From the NCBI GenBank assembly GCA_034669905.1, contig JAXMOL010000018.1:32001-96000 (forward strand): DNA of 64,000 bases. Reading direction: 5' to 3'. Below, in pieces: positions 1-9,999 of the stretch. This stretch comes from Candidatus Hydrogenedentota bacterium. Lineage in GTDB: Bacteria > Hydrogenedentota > Hydrogenedentia > Hydrogenedentales > JAEUWI01. Under the pieces are notes generated by a model that ran no database searches, was not told where the DNA came from, and saw nothing but the letters and a program-made list of their open reading frames with translations. Each line of letters begins with the position of its first letter. Within the stretch, counting starts at the first letter, position 1. Both the position numbers and the translations under genes were made by a program.

Positions 1-560
1 TTCTCATTGTCTTTCACGGGCAGCACGGCATCGCCCACGCCGCCACAATTGTCGATGAAGCATTCGGTTACCTGATCCAACTTGCGCTTGCTCGGGTGCT
101 GGGACTCACAGTGGTCCATCTGGAGTTTCGACGCGAGGCCGATGGTGTGAATACCCCGCTCCTGGGCCTGGAGGGCTACCGCGATTACATTGGCGGAGCG
201 TCCGGAATTGGAGTTGATGAGGAGCACATCGCCCTTTTTGAGTTTGCTCTTTTCCAGGGCGAGATGGACCGTCTGGGATTCCAGGGCGGCCGCTTTTCCG
301 GGAGGCAGTTCAATCTCCCGGTGCTGGAGGTCGGCGTTCACGTTCAGTTCATAACTGAAGGGTGTGATGCCGACCATGCCGCCGGCACGCCGGATGGCTT
401 CCCATTGGAGCATGTGCCCCGTGTCCATGATGAACCAGCCCCCTTTTTCCGCGAGGCTCTCCGCCACGATGGCCGCAGCCGCTTCGATTTGTTCGCGTTG
501 GGTGTTTTGAATCTTGGCCACCAAACCTTCGATGACTTTGAAATATTGGTCGAGATACAT
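1..560 (-). CDS. SIS-domain (sugar isomerase-like) protein, runs off the window start
   Basis: Hand-translated from ATG at 560: MYLDQYFKVIEGLVAKIQNTQREQIEAAAAIVAESL...DTGHML...GDVLLINSNSGRSANVIAVALQAQERGIHTIGLAS...FIDNCGGVGDAVL. This is a typical SIS signature (S-x-SGR). Starts 3 nt after the kinase gene stop. Confidence 0.75.
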   Translation of the reverse strand, partial: MYLDQYFKVIEGLVAKIQNTQREQIEAAAAIVAESLAEKGGWFIMDTGHMLQWEAIRRAGGMVGITPFSYELNVNADLQHREIELPPGKAAALESQTVHLALEKSKLKKGDVLLINSNSGRSANVIAVALQAQERGIHTIGLASKLQMDHCESQHPSKRKLDQVTECFIDNCGGVGDAVLPVKDNE

Positions 561-563
561 GTA

Positions 564-1475
564 CTACGTGTTCCTTATAGTGATGTCGCGCTGGAGTAAC
601 CGGATGAGTCCGCAGATCGGTTCGAGCACGACCGGGTGACAGGCAAAAAGATAGGGAGAGCGGGAGAGGGTCGCTTCGATGGCGGAAAGTACCCGCTTGG
701 CATGAAAGACGCCTCCTGTAAATACTAGGGGAATGGGCTCCACATCAAAGTCGGTGCGGGCGGCCATGTCGATGACCAGATTCCCGAGGTGGGTGCCGGC
801 TTCCTCCAAGATGGCGCGGGCGGTGCCATCCCAATCGGCAGCCACGCCGTCCACCGCCGCCGCGAACTCGGCCACCCGGGGAGCCGCGATATGGCCCCCC
901 GACTGCGCTTCATCCAGGAGCTGCCACGGGGATTCAATGTGATAGAAATCTCGGGCGGCCTCCAGTAGTTTCGTTTCTTCACCCCGCTTTTGCTCGGCAC
1001 GAAAGGCCGCACGGAGCCCTTCTCGGCCAATCCAGTAGGCGCTGCCTTCGTCGCCAAACTGGGGCCCATAGCCGCCAATGGCGCTCCGTGCGCCTTGGTG
1101 GTCAATGGCGTGGCAGCTTGCACCCGTGCCCGCAACCAGGGCGATGCCTTCCTTAAGATCATAGCGGGCGAGACCAAGCTCCCCTTCGCTGTGCTCGATG
1201 CGGGGCACCCGGGAAAGGCGTTGTTTCAATACCGCATGGATCGTGGCTCGGTCGGCAGGCCCGGCCAGTCCTACCACGGCGATGGACTCGGGAATGATGC
1301 CCTCCGCCTGGAGCAGGCGCTCGAGGGTGTCGGTAAACTCGTCACGGAAGCCCTTCGCGTCCCGGTAAAGGGGGCTGGCCGATCGACAATGGGCTTCGTG
1401 AAGGATCGTTTCATCCGGACCGGCCAGGGCCAGACGGGTGCCGCTTCCGCCGCTTTCAATGGCCAGACAGGTCAT
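564..1475 (-). CDS. BadF/BadG/BcrA/BcrD-type sugar kinase (N-acetylglucosamine kinase-like)
   Basis: Motifs AIESGGSGT, VAGTGA, GGYGPQFGDEGSAYWIG and FTGGVF. Start likely MTCL at 1475 (ORF track opens at 1511). Confidence 0.85.
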   Translation of the reverse strand: MTCLAIESGGSGTRLALAGPDETILHEAHCRSASPLYRDAKGFRDEFTDTLERLLQAEGIIPESIAVVGLAGPADRATIHAVLKQRLSRVPRIEHSEGELGLARYDLKEGIALVAGTGASCHAIDHQGARSAIGGYGPQFGDEGSAYWIGREGLRAAFRAEQKRGEETKLLEAARDFYHIESPWQLLDEAQSGGHIAAPRVAEFAAAVDGVAADWDGTARAILEEAGTHLGNLVIDMAARTDFDVEPIPLVFTGGVFHAKRVLSAIEATLSRSPYLFACHPVVLEPICGLIRLLQRDITIRNT

Positions 1476-1736
1476 GTCGTTCTTGGTGTCGATGGTGCTA
1501 CCCTCCTGCATTCGATACGGAGCCTCACTATAGCGAATCCGAGGGGGAAGGGTATAGTCATTCGATCACCCATTTTCCGCGACAGGTGCATGTGCGGGGG
1601 GCGCCCATGTCCAAAGGGCTGGCGGACGCCGATGGGGTGGCGCGGGGAATGGGGCGTTGACAAGTCCGGTGTCGATGGGGTCTACTAAAGGGCGAATTCA
1701 ATAAAAACTATGCATTTATCCACCGGAGAAAACACC

Positions 1737-2906
1737 ATGCGCCTTTACTTATTCCTGCCCGCGCTTCTTTTGCTGGCACTGCTTGTCCCCTCCGCCAATG
1801 CGGACACGGTCCACATCTTCCCACCCCAGGAAAAACACGTGCACAGCAGCTCGATTGTGGAGTGTCCCAACGGGGACTATCTGGCCGTGTGGTTCTATGG
1901 CTCGGGTGAGCGCAAGTCCAACGACGTGCGTCTTCGTGGTGCCCGCCTGAAGAAGGGGGAGACCCAGTGGGGACCCGTCTTCGAGATGGCGGATACGCCG
2001 GATCTGCCGGATTGTAATCCGGTCCTGTATATCGATGCCGACGAGAAGCTCTGGCTCTTCTGGCTGGTGGTCCACACCAATCGCTGGGAACGCGGCATTC
2101 TCAAATACCGCACGAGCACGGACTACATGGGCGCGGGCGCACCGACCTGGGAATGGCAGGACATTATTCTGCTCAAGCCGGGCGAGGGGTTTGGCGATGC
2201 GCTGAAGCAGGGCTTTAAGGAAATTGCTTACCCGGAACCTATGTGGTCCGAGTATGCCGGCTCCTATACCCGTATGCTGGTGGAGAGCGCCTCCGACCCG
2301 GTGAAGACCGACATTGGCTGGATGCCCCGCACGCCGGTCATCACCCTGAAATCCGGCCGCATCGTATTGCCCCTTTATTCCGACGGGTATAACGTGTCCC
2401 TCATGGCCTACTCCGACGACAAGGGGGCCACCTGGCAGGCCAGCGCACCCGTCGTTGGTCTGGGGAATATCCAGCCCGCCGTGGTAGAGCGTTCCGACGG
2501 CACCCTCATGGCCTATATGCGGGACAACGGCGCCATGCCCAAGCGTATTATCGAAGCGACTTCCACCGACCAGGGCGAGACGTGGAGTATCGGCACCGAC
2601 ATGGAATTCCCCAATCCCGGTTCCAGTGTTTCGGCCTGTGCCCTTCAGGGGGGACGCTGGGTGTTGGTCTACAACGACGCCGAGCAGGGTCGTCACAACC
2701 TGGCCATTTTGCTCTCCGAAGATGAGGGAAAGACGTGGCCCTACAAGAAGATGCTGGAATCAAGCGAAGACCAATCCGAATCCTTCGGCTATCCCACCAT
2801 CATGGAAGGGAGCGATGGTCTGATTCACCTCTCCTACACCCACAAGAGCCCCGAAGGTAAGACCATCAACTACAGCACCTTCCCGGCGGACTCGATTAAG
2901 AACTAG
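1737..2906 (+). CDS. Secreted exo-alpha-sialidase-like protein (BNR/Asp-box repeats)
   Basis: Signal peptide MRLYLFLPALLLLALLVPSANA; Asp-boxes SDDKGATW, STDQGETW, SEDEGKTW; N-terminal HSSSIVECPNGD; GGAG SD before ATG 1737. Confidence 0.85.
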   Translation: MRLYLFLPALLLLALLVPSANADTVHIFPPQEKHVHSSSIVECPNGDYLAVWFYGSGERKSNDVRLRGARLKKGETQWGPVFEMADTPDLPDCNPVLYIDADEKLWLFWLVVHTNRWERGILKYRTSTDYMGAGAPTWEWQDIILLKPGEGFGDALKQGFKEIAYPEPMWSEYAGSYTRMLVESASDPVKTDIGWMPRTPVITLKSGRIVLPLYSDGYNVSLMAYSDDKGATWQASAPVVGLGNIQPAVVERSDGTLMAYMRDNGAMPKRIIEATSTDQGETWSIGTDMEFPNPGSSVSACALQGGRWVLVYNDAEQGRHNLAILLSEDEGKTWPYKKMLESSEDQSESFGYPTIMEGSDGLIHLSYTHKSPEGKTINYSTFPADSIKN

Positions 2907-2926
2907 TACCCGCAGGAAATCACATC

Positions 2927-3415
2927 CTAATCCAGGTATGCCTTCAGTAATCTCCGACTGGGTCGGTCCAGCATCGTCCAGTCGGGGATTTTGTATATAT
3001 CGCCTGCAACGTCGGTGATTAGCAGTCCGTTGGGCGGCAGCCGGTGAGGCCAATCCTCTTTTGGGGTTTGAAAACGGCGCACCCCTTGCACACATTCCAC
3101 TTCCCAGTGGCGGATTTCAAACTCCAGTTTGAGCACCCGTATGGCCGTGATTTCAAAGGAGAAACTGGCTTCCCGAAGGCCCCGCTCCAACACCTCACGG
3201 CTCTCCCCGTCGAGGGTGGCGGTGTCCTCGATGAGGGCCACTTCCACGTTGTTCTCATCCCGGAGCGAAACGAAGGTGCCGGGTGCCGTCCAGGGAAAAC
3301 AGACGCTGATGCGGACGACCGTGCGCAGCCCTGCGGACAGGGCTTCTATGCGGCCATCCGGCAGGCGACTGAGTTGAAGGCTGGCGCTGTCTGGTTGGGT
3401 GGTGGATTTCATCAC
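2927..3415 (-). CDS. DUF1854 domain protein
   Basis: CFPWTAPGTFVSLRD...RHWEVEC..G..RF...LLITDVAGDIYKIPDWTMLDRPSRRLL pattern; directly downstream of an ABC exporter, the usual DUF1854 context. Confidence 0.8.
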   Translation of the reverse strand: MMKSTTQPDSASLQLSRLPDGRIEALSAGLRTVVRISVCFPWTAPGTFVSLRDENNVEVALIEDTATLDGESREVLERGLREASFSFEITAIRVLKLEFEIRHWEVECVQGVRRFQTPKEDWPHRLPPNGLLITDVAGDIYKIPDWTMLDRPSRRLLKAYLD

Positions 3416-3427
3416 TCATTCTCCCCG

Positions 3428-5695
3428 CTATGCGATATACATTTCGTGTAGTTCCTGCTGCATGCGGACCAGACGACTGTAGACGCCGTCGTCATTGGCC
3501 AACAATTCAGCGTGGGTACCTTCCTCGGCAATGCGCCCTTCATCGACGACGAAAAGGCGATTGGCCCGCCGCAACGTGGAGAGCCGGTGGGCAATGGCGA
3601 AGACGGTTCGGCCTTCCACCAGTTTGTCCAGGGCTTCCTGAATCTTGTGTTCCGTCTCCGTGTCCACACTGCTTGTTGCTTCGTCGAGTATGAGGACCCG
3701 TGGGTTGCACAAGAGGGCCCGTGCGATGGAGATCCGTTGGCGTTCACCACCCGAAAGGGTGTGGCCCCGTTCGCCCACCGTGGTGTCGTAGCCCAACGGG
3801 AGCTGGCAGATAAAATCATGGGCGTTCGCCACACGGGCCGCCTCAATCACGGCCTTCAGGTCGGCCTCCGGCATGCCATAGCGAATGTTATCGAGGATGG
3901 ACCCGTGAAAGAGGTGGGGATCCTGTAACACGATTCCCAGTTGTCGCCGGTAGTGGCCCAGCGCCAGGTCGCGTACATCGACCCCATCAATGGTGATCTG
4001 TCCATGGGTCGGATCGTAAAAGCGGGCGATGAGATTGGTGATGGTCGATTTGCCTGCCCCCGAGGGACCCACGAGTCCGATCATTTCACCGGGCTGTACG
4101 TCGAAGGAGATGTTTTTCAAGATGGAGCGTACGCCATCATAGGCGAAGCTGACCTTATCAAAGCGTACGTGTCCTTCAACCGGTTCGAGGCGCGTTGGGG
4201 CGTCCGCTTCGACAATATCGGGCTCACTATCCAGAATCTCGAAGACCCGATGGGCCGAGCTGGTGGCACGATTTAAGATAAAGGTGAGGCGTCCCAAAAT
4301 TTCGATGGGGTGTAAATACATCCCCATGTAGAGGGTGAAGGAAACAAAGACACCGACCGTGAGTGGGGTGGCCGTCGGACTATAGCCCAGCAGACGGGGC
4401 ATGGCGAAAAACCAGACGGCGAGTGTCATACTTTGGATGCTGAACCACAGGAAGGGCCAGAAGCTGGTCCACGTCCGATGGATTTGATTAAAGCTCGTGC
4501 AGACCTCTGCATTGCTGGTGCCAAACCGGTCCTGTTCCCGGTGCTCCTGGTTGAAGGCCTTGACCACGCGGATACCGGGAATGGAGTCTGCCAATACCGC
4601 GGTGAGTTTGCCCCACCGACGCCAGGCGTTGCCGAACAAGTGGTGCATACGTCGGCCGTAAAGGTAGAGGATGGTCAGCACCACCGGCATGGGCAAGGTC
4701 ATGACGAGGCCCAGTCGCCAATCGAGATAAAGGAGGACGCCGGTGAGCCCTGCCAGGGTTAGCATGGATACCAGAAAATCCACCAGGCCCCAGGCGACGA
4801 ATTCCCAGAGCCGGTCGGTGTCTGAGCTGACGCGGCTGATGAGGCTGCCGGTTTGTTTGGTCGAGTAAAAGCTGAGGCTTAAACGCTGTAAGTGGTCGTA
4901 GGCCGCCTTGCGGAGATCCCGGGCGACGAACTCGCCCAGGAGGGCCATGGAGCGCATGCGGACCCACGCGACAAACTGGGTTCCGGCATAGGTAATGCCG
5001 AGTAAGAAGACAAGCCAGAGGGCCATGGGCCGTGCTTCGATGGCGAGTCGTGTGCCGGACTCCACCGGGCGTAGCACCGAGTCGATCAGGTAGCCGGTGA
5101 GGTAGGGCGGAACCAACTGAAGCAGGGCCAGCAACAGTCCGGAAAGGATGCCCGCCGCGAAACGTTTTTTGTAGGGGGCCATATAGCCAAGCAGACGGAG
5201 CAGGAGTCCGGTGCCACTCTCCGACACTGCGGCCTGCGCCTCTTCGATGGGACGCCACAATCCACGTTGGAAGAGGGTGTCGGGGGCGGTGCCCGGTGCT
5301 TCGGCCTCGGGTTCTTCCAGGAGATACTTAATAGATTCCATGGCCGGGCGCTGTCGGTGACTGAAGCGGAGGGTCGCCAGCAGGTCAGCGTGTGCGCCCC
5401 ATATACGCAGTTCGTTGCCGCTGAGTCCCACCGTGAGCGCGACCTTCTGGACGGCGTCCCGGCGGAAGGTTGTCGGTGGGTCGGGCGCGGGAGGGACGAT
5501 ACAACAGTAGCGGGGGGTCAGTACGCACCAGGTTTCCGCCGTATGCAGGGAAGGGTCTAAGTCGGACAAGCCGTAGAGGACCTGCGTTGGCTCGTCGGTC
5601 TCACGGGCGACGACGCGGGCGATTGAATCTGGCAGCGTCACGGCATGCCCGGTGTAATGTTCCAGGCGTTTGGAGCGTTGCGTATGGGAGGTCAT
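3428..5695 (-). CDS. ABC transporter, fused permease + ATPase (MsbA-like exporter with N-terminal extension)
   Basis: Walker A GPSGAGKS, signature LSGGERQR, Walker B LILDEATS, H-loop IAHRLST and a TM domain. Start likely MTSH at 5695. Confidence 0.9.
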   Translation of the reverse strand: MTSHTQRSKRLEHYTGHAVTLPDSIARVVARETDEPTQVLYGLSDLDPSLHTAETWCVLTPRYCCIVPPAPDPPTTFRRDAVQKVALTVGLSGNELRIWGAHADLLATLRFSHRQRPAMESIKYLLEEPEAEAPGTAPDTLFQRGLWRPIEEAQAAVSESGTGLLLRLLGYMAPYKKRFAAGILSGLLLALLQLVPPYLTGYLIDSVLRPVESGTRLAIEARPMALWLVFLLGITYAGTQFVAWVRMRSMALLGEFVARDLRKAAYDHLQRLSLSFYSTKQTGSLISRVSSDTDRLWEFVAWGLVDFLVSMLTLAGLTGVLLYLDWRLGLVMTLPMPVVLTILYLYGRRMHHLFGNAWRRWGKLTAVLADSIPGIRVVKAFNQEHREQDRFGTSNAEVCTSFNQIHRTWTSFWPFLWFSIQSMTLAVWFFAMPRLLGYSPTATPLTVGVFVSFTLYMGMYLHPIEILGRLTFILNRATSSAHRVFEILDSEPDIVEADAPTRLEPVEGHVRFDKVSFAYDGVRSILKNISFDVQPGEMIGLVGPSGAGKSTITNLIARFYDPTHGQITIDGVDVRDLALGHYRRQLGIVLQDPHLFHGSILDNIRYGMPEADLKAVIEAARVANAHDFICQLPLGYDTTVGERGHTLSGGERQRISIARALLCNPRVLILDEATSSVDTETEHKIQEALDKLVEGRTVFAIAHRLSTLRRANRLFVVDEGRIAEEGTHAELLANDDGVYSRLVRMQQELHEMYIA

Positions 5696-5774
5696 GGTGT
5701 TTTCCAGCGGGTGTCGATTGAAAGCAGGGGTATATGTCCATCGATACCATGCGCACTTTTGAGGCCATGGAAAC

Positions 5775-5817
5775 AAAAAAGGCCAGGGAGTAAGTTAAAA
5801 CCTACCACCTGACCTTT
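5775..5817 (-). terminator. Intrinsic terminator/attenuator hairpin upstream of the ABC transporter
   Basis: Minus strand AAAGGTCAGG-TG-GTAGG-TTTTAA-CTTAC-TC-CCTGGCC-TTTTTT: long stem followed by a U6 tract. Confidence 0.7.
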
Positions 5818-5886
5818 GGGAATCAGTGTACGCGTCAGCCTTGGCTGATAAAGAACCGTCGAGCGCTTGACGCGTTCAAGTGCCCA
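5775..5886 (-). promoter_or_regulatory. Candidate structured cis-regulatory RNA leader (unassigned)
   Basis: Two hairpins (5861-5885, 5835-5848), an 8-nt complementarity ACGCGTCA/TGACGCGT, then the terminator. No riboswitch family recognised. Confidence 0.35.
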
Positions 5887-6123
5887 ATACTACCAACACT
5901 TAATTTTCGCAGACCCGCACCATATAGGAATACCCGGGAAACCCATTGACCTCCACCGAGTCGTTTCGGCTTCCGGGGGTATGCGGACATGCTGCAGTTG
6001 TTTGTCTTCGACGATGTGAAAAAGTCTGAGCGAATGAATCAGGTAAAACCGGACTCAATAAGGAAATTCAGACTGTCCACACGATACACGGATTAAACTG
6101 TTTCTAGTGAGATGCGAAGCCGA

Positions 6124-6324
6124 TTAGGCGGAACGCACTTCCTGGGCTTCCGGCCCCTTGCGGCCCTGGCCGACTTCGAAGGACACGCGCTGACCCTCGG
6201 TCAGAAGGCCTTCGGCCGGGTCAACGTTGGAGACGTGGATGAACAGGTCATCGCCGCCATCGTCGGGGTTGATAAAGCCAAAACCTTTTTGCTCATTGAA
6301 AAATTTAACGGTACCTGTGGGCAT
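6124..6324 (-). CDS. cspA: Cold-shock protein (CspA family)
   Basis: 66 aa; GTVKFFNEQKGFGFI (RNP1) and DLFIHVS (RNP2). Confidence 0.92.
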   Translation of the reverse strand: MPTGTVKFFNEQKGFGFINPDDGGDDLFIHVSNVDPAEGLLTEGQRVSFEVGQGRKGPEAQEVRSA

Positions 6325-6489
6325 TTCTAATTTCCTTTAACATTCTGCTGATTTCATTGTGAACTAATAATCATCGGCGTGGGTGGAGACACACTCCTGA
6401 TTCATTGGGAGTAGTGTAACAGCATTATCCACGGGTTACCACAATTATTTTTTATTGTTCACCCTGTGCCGATTTCGGGATCTCCCGGG

Positions 6490-7608
6490 CTAGCGCGCGG
6501 AAATCGGGGGGACAGGCCGTGCTTTGGGACCCTGGTAGATACTCAGCGGCCGATAAATCCGGTTGTTGCGGGCTTGCTCGATGATGTGGGCACTCCACCC
6601 GGTGACCCGGGAGGCCACGAAGAGGGGGGTGTAGACGTCGATGGGAAGGCCCAGCAGATAATATGTCAGGCCGCAGGGGTAGTCGACGTTGGGATAAATT
6701 TTCTTCTCTTCCGTCATCGGCTTCTTGATGGCGTCGTAAATGGCCATCCACTTTTCCTCGCCCTTTTGTGTGGCCAGCTTGCGAAGCTTTTCTTCGAGAA
6801 TGACGGCACGGTGATCGCCATGCTTGTAAACCCGGTGACCGAAGCCCATGACTTTTTCTTTGTTCGCAAGTGCCTGCGTGATCCACGCACTCGCTTCGTC
6901 CGCGCTCTTGAAACGGATCAACATTTCCATGGCGGCTTCGTTGGCTCCGCCGTGGAGGGGGCCCTTCAGGGCTCCGATGGCCCCGGTAACCGCAGAGACG
7001 ATATCCGACATCGTGGAGCAAATTACCCGTGCGGTGAAGGTGCTGGCGTTGAAATCATGCTCCGCGTAGAGCACCAGGCTCAGGTCGATGAGCTCTTCGG
7101 AGAGGGCGTCGGGAATTTCGCCATGACACTGATAGAGGATCTGGGCGGCGTGACTCAGGCCGTCTTTGGGAGCTAAGGGTTCCTGGCCATTGACCAGCCG
7201 ATAGCGGGCGGCAATGATGCCGCCAATCTGAGCGGTAAGCCAGAGGGCCCGTTGCCGGTTAGCCGCCTCGTCTTCGCCCGCAATGGGATCAAAGTGGCCG
7301 GTGTAGGAAACCATGCTGCGGAGGACGTCCATCATGGGGACCTCGTTGGGAATGGCGCGCAGCGCATCGATGAGGGGCTCTGGCAGGGGGCGGTAGTTCG
7401 CGAGGGATTGCTTCACGGTCTCCAATTGACTGGCATTGGGCAGGGACTCGAAGAGAAGCAGGTGGGCGACCTCTTCGAAGCAGACCGTCTCTGCGAGCTC
7501 CTGGATGGTATAGCCGCGGTAGAGCAGCTTGCCCTGGTCGACACATCCGATCGTCGTTTCACCAGCGATAACGCCGGCGAGGCCGGGACTGTATGGGGTA
7601 TCACTCAT
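6490..7608 (-). CDS. prpC: 2-methylcitrate synthase / citrate synthase
   Basis: YAEHDFNASTF, GPLHGGANE, MGFGHRVYK, YPNVDY; immediately downstream of prpB. Confidence 0.8.
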   Translation of the reverse strand: MSDTPYSPGLAGVIAGETTIGCVDQGKLLYRGYTIQELAETVCFEEVAHLLLFESLPNASQLETVKQSLANYRPLPEPLIDALRAIPNEVPMMDVLRSMVSYTGHFDPIAGEDEAANRQRALWLTAQIGGIIAARYRLVNGQEPLAPKDGLSHAAQILYQCHGEIPDALSEELIDLSLVLYAEHDFNASTFTARVICSTMSDIVSAVTGAIGALKGPLHGGANEAAMEMLIRFKSADEASAWITQALANKEKVMGFGHRVYKHGDHRAVILEEKLRKLATQKGEEKWMAIYDAIKKPMTEEKKIYPNVDYPCGLTYYLLGLPIDVYTPLFVASRVTGWSAHIIEQARNNRIYRPLSIYQGPKARPVPPISAR

Positions 7609-7691
7609 CGTGCTCTCCTGTTAAGGGCTCGAAAGCCACGTATCCAATCGCGTTGCCCGATGCCTCAGTGAGGATTTCACCAAGTTCACCG

Positions 7692-8549
7692 CTACTTATT
7701 GACAGTACCTGTGTATCCGAGCAGGTCATATAACTCCTGCCGGGTCTGCATCTGCCCGAGGCACCCATCCACTTTCCCGGAAGTGGCGAGTTCGTTGAGT
7801 ACGTGTTCCATGGCATACATGGCCGCTCGTTGCAGGGTAACGGGGAAGATGACGAGGTTGTATCCCATGTCGCCCAACTCCGATGCACTGAAGGAAGGCG
7901 AGGTGCCAAACTCGGTCATGTTTGCCAGCAGCAGGGCGTCGACATCGCTTGCAAAGCGGCGAAACTCTTCCTCGCTTGTGAGGGCCTCGGGAAAAATTAC
8001 GTCGGCGCCCGCCGCAAGGTAGAGTTGAGCACGTCGCACGGCTTCATCATAACCGGCGACACCGCGGGCATCGGTACGGGCGATTAACAGAAAATCATCG
8101 GAGGGCTTCGCCACCGCGGCCGCCGCGATTTTTTCGCAGAACTCCTCCGCGGGAACGAGTTCTTTCCCGGCCAGATGCCCACAACGCTTGGGGAATACCT
8201 GGTCTTCCAGGTGAATGCCGCTGGCGCCGGCCGCCGCAAGGGTCTCCACCGTGCGGATGGTATTGTTCACTTCACCATACCCGGTGTCGGCGTCCACGAT
8301 GAGGGGCAGGTTGCAGGCATTGGCGATGTGGCGGGTGTGCTGTTCAGACTCCGTAAGGGTCATGATGCCGACGTCGGGTCGGCCACCCACCGAATTGGCC
8401 AACACCGCGCCCGACAAATACGCCGCATCGAATCCCATCTTCTCTATAAGCCGTGCGCTGAGGGCGTTGATGGCGCCGGGAAGCACTACCGTGCCCTGAG
8501 AAAGGAGGGAGCGCAGGGTGGCCGTGCGTTCATGGGGATCGAAAAGCAT
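7692..8549 (-). CDS. prpB: Methylisocitrate lyase
   Basis: DADTGYG, LEDQVFPKRCGHLAGK, IARTDA, LANMTEFG, QMQTRQELYDLL. Confidence 0.9.
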   Translation of the reverse strand: MLFDPHERTATLRSLLSQGTVVLPGAINALSARLIEKMGFDAAYLSGAVLANSVGGRPDVGIMTLTESEQHTRHIANACNLPLIVDADTGYGEVNNTIRTVETLAAAGASGIHLEDQVFPKRCGHLAGKELVPAEEFCEKIAAAAVAKPSDDFLLIARTDARGVAGYDEAVRRAQLYLAAGADVIFPEALTSEEEFRRFASDVDALLLANMTEFGTSPSFSASELGDMGYNLVIFPVTLQRAAMYAMEHVLNELATSGKVDGCLGQMQTRQELYDLLGYTGTVNK

Positions 8550-8742
8550 CGTCGTTCATCCTTCAGTGTTTAGAGAGAGGGATTAGTATCAGACTGCCTC
8601 TCCGACATGCGATCTGTCAAGACGTTGGTCATTAAACCTTTCAATAATTACTATGCATGGCATCTGGTATGGATAATTCACCCTATAGCGTGCTATCGGA
8701 GTGACATAGGGAAGCGCAAGCAATCGGGTGTTCCGGCGAGTC

Positions 8743-9891
8743 CTAACTCTTGGCGGGATCAGGTGTCGGCTTCGGATGGCTTGGGAATGGCGGGCGTTGG
8801 AGATCTTCCTGTAAGGATGTGCCCTTGACTACGTGATCGGCCACCTCCAAGAGCACCGTAAAATCCTCTGCCAGTTGGTCGTGGTTGCCTTCGCGAAAAT
8901 GGATCAGGTTGTTCTGCGGTGCCCCCAGGAAATCGAAGACGGGCTGGGCACCCAGCCAGGCCCGCTGCGTGCCGGGGGGATTGCACCATTGATCGCCAAA
9001 GGCGTCGGTGCTGAGGATGACACGGGGCGCCACCAGGGCACGGAGAAAGTGTTGGTCAAAGGGCAACGCATTTTCCCGGTCCCCAAACTGGCCGAAGTCC
9101 GCGTGAAACCAACTCTTGAAACGACTGGCGCGGGTAATGAGCTCCAGGGTCTCCACGCCCTTGGGCGGATCGCGAAACAACGCCGCGCCGCCACACCCCG
9201 AGCCATTGGGTACGACGAGTGCAAAGCGCTCGTCCAGTGCACCGGCGAGAAGCGCGGCCTTACCCGTGCGGGAGTGGCCGGTAATGGCCGCCTTATTTGC
9301 ATCGAAACGGTCGTCTCGCTCCACGTAGTCCATCACGCGTGAAGCACACCAGGACCATACGGCGACACTCGCCCAATCGTAATCGGGGTAAGCGGCCTGG
9401 GCCGGGCCCACCTCGTCATGTCCTTCGGTGTCCGGGTCCAGACTGGTCTGTTCGAAGCACACGAAGGCATAGCCCCGTTCGTTGGCTGCCGGGGCGTGTT
9501 CGCCGCCCAGGCCAAAGCGGAGGATGACCGGGAGGGGGGCGGAGGCGTCAGACGGGGTATAGACATGGACCGTTGTGCGGAGAGACTTTTCCGGCCCAAA
9601 GGCCAGACGAAGGGACTCGAAGTGGCTGGCGTCATCGAATCGCGTTCCAGATTCCAAGGTTTCAGCCCGGAAGACGTTCCCCGGCGCAGGGGGCATGTGG
9701 CCGTATTCGTACTGCGATATGGACGCAATGATTTCCCTGCGCCGCTCACCCCATTCCTCGGTGGTAGTTACGCGTCGGCCATCTTCGAATTGAAAGGGAT
9801 CGGGAAGGCTGGATACTTCCGTAAGGGCTGCTGCTGCCGTGTATTCCGCATTGGCGAGGCTCATTGCAAGAGCGATGAGAAGAATTTTCAC
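8743..9891 (-). CDS. Secreted CE15-like glucuronoyl esterase (alpha/beta hydrolase)
   Basis: Signal peptide; LPDPF, nucleophile motif TGHSRTGKAAL, SGCGGAAL, LPFDQHFLRALVAPR. Confidence 0.8.
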   Translation of the reverse strand: MKILLIALAMSLANAEYTAAAALTEVSSLPDPFQFEDGRRVTTTEEWGERRREIIASISQYEYGHMPPAPGNVFRAETLESGTRFDDASHFESLRLAFGPEKSLRTTVHVYTPSDASAPLPVILRFGLGGEHAPAANERGYAFVCFEQTSLDPDTEGHDEVGPAQAAYPDYDWASVAVWSWCASRVMDYVERDDRFDANKAAITGHSRTGKAALLAGALDERFALVVPNGSGCGGAALFRDPPKGVETLELITRASRFKSWFHADFGQFGDRENALPFDQHFLRALVAPRVILSTDAFGDQWCNPPGTQRAWLGAQPVFDFLGAPQNNLIHFREGNHDQLAEDFTVLLEVADHVVKGTSLQEDLQRPPFPSHPKPTPDPAKS

Positions 9892-9999
9892 TGCTTACTC
9901 CAAGAATGCATTGTTTCGTTTTTGCTTGTGACGACCGTCTTCCGGCGTCACCTATATCCTGCCGCTACGGCGGCAATTCGCCCCGCTCCTTAACCCAAT

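Noticed and set aside
1657..1688. TTGACA upstream of the sialidase gene as a -35 box
   Set aside because: No acceptable -10 hexamer at 16-18 nt spacing.
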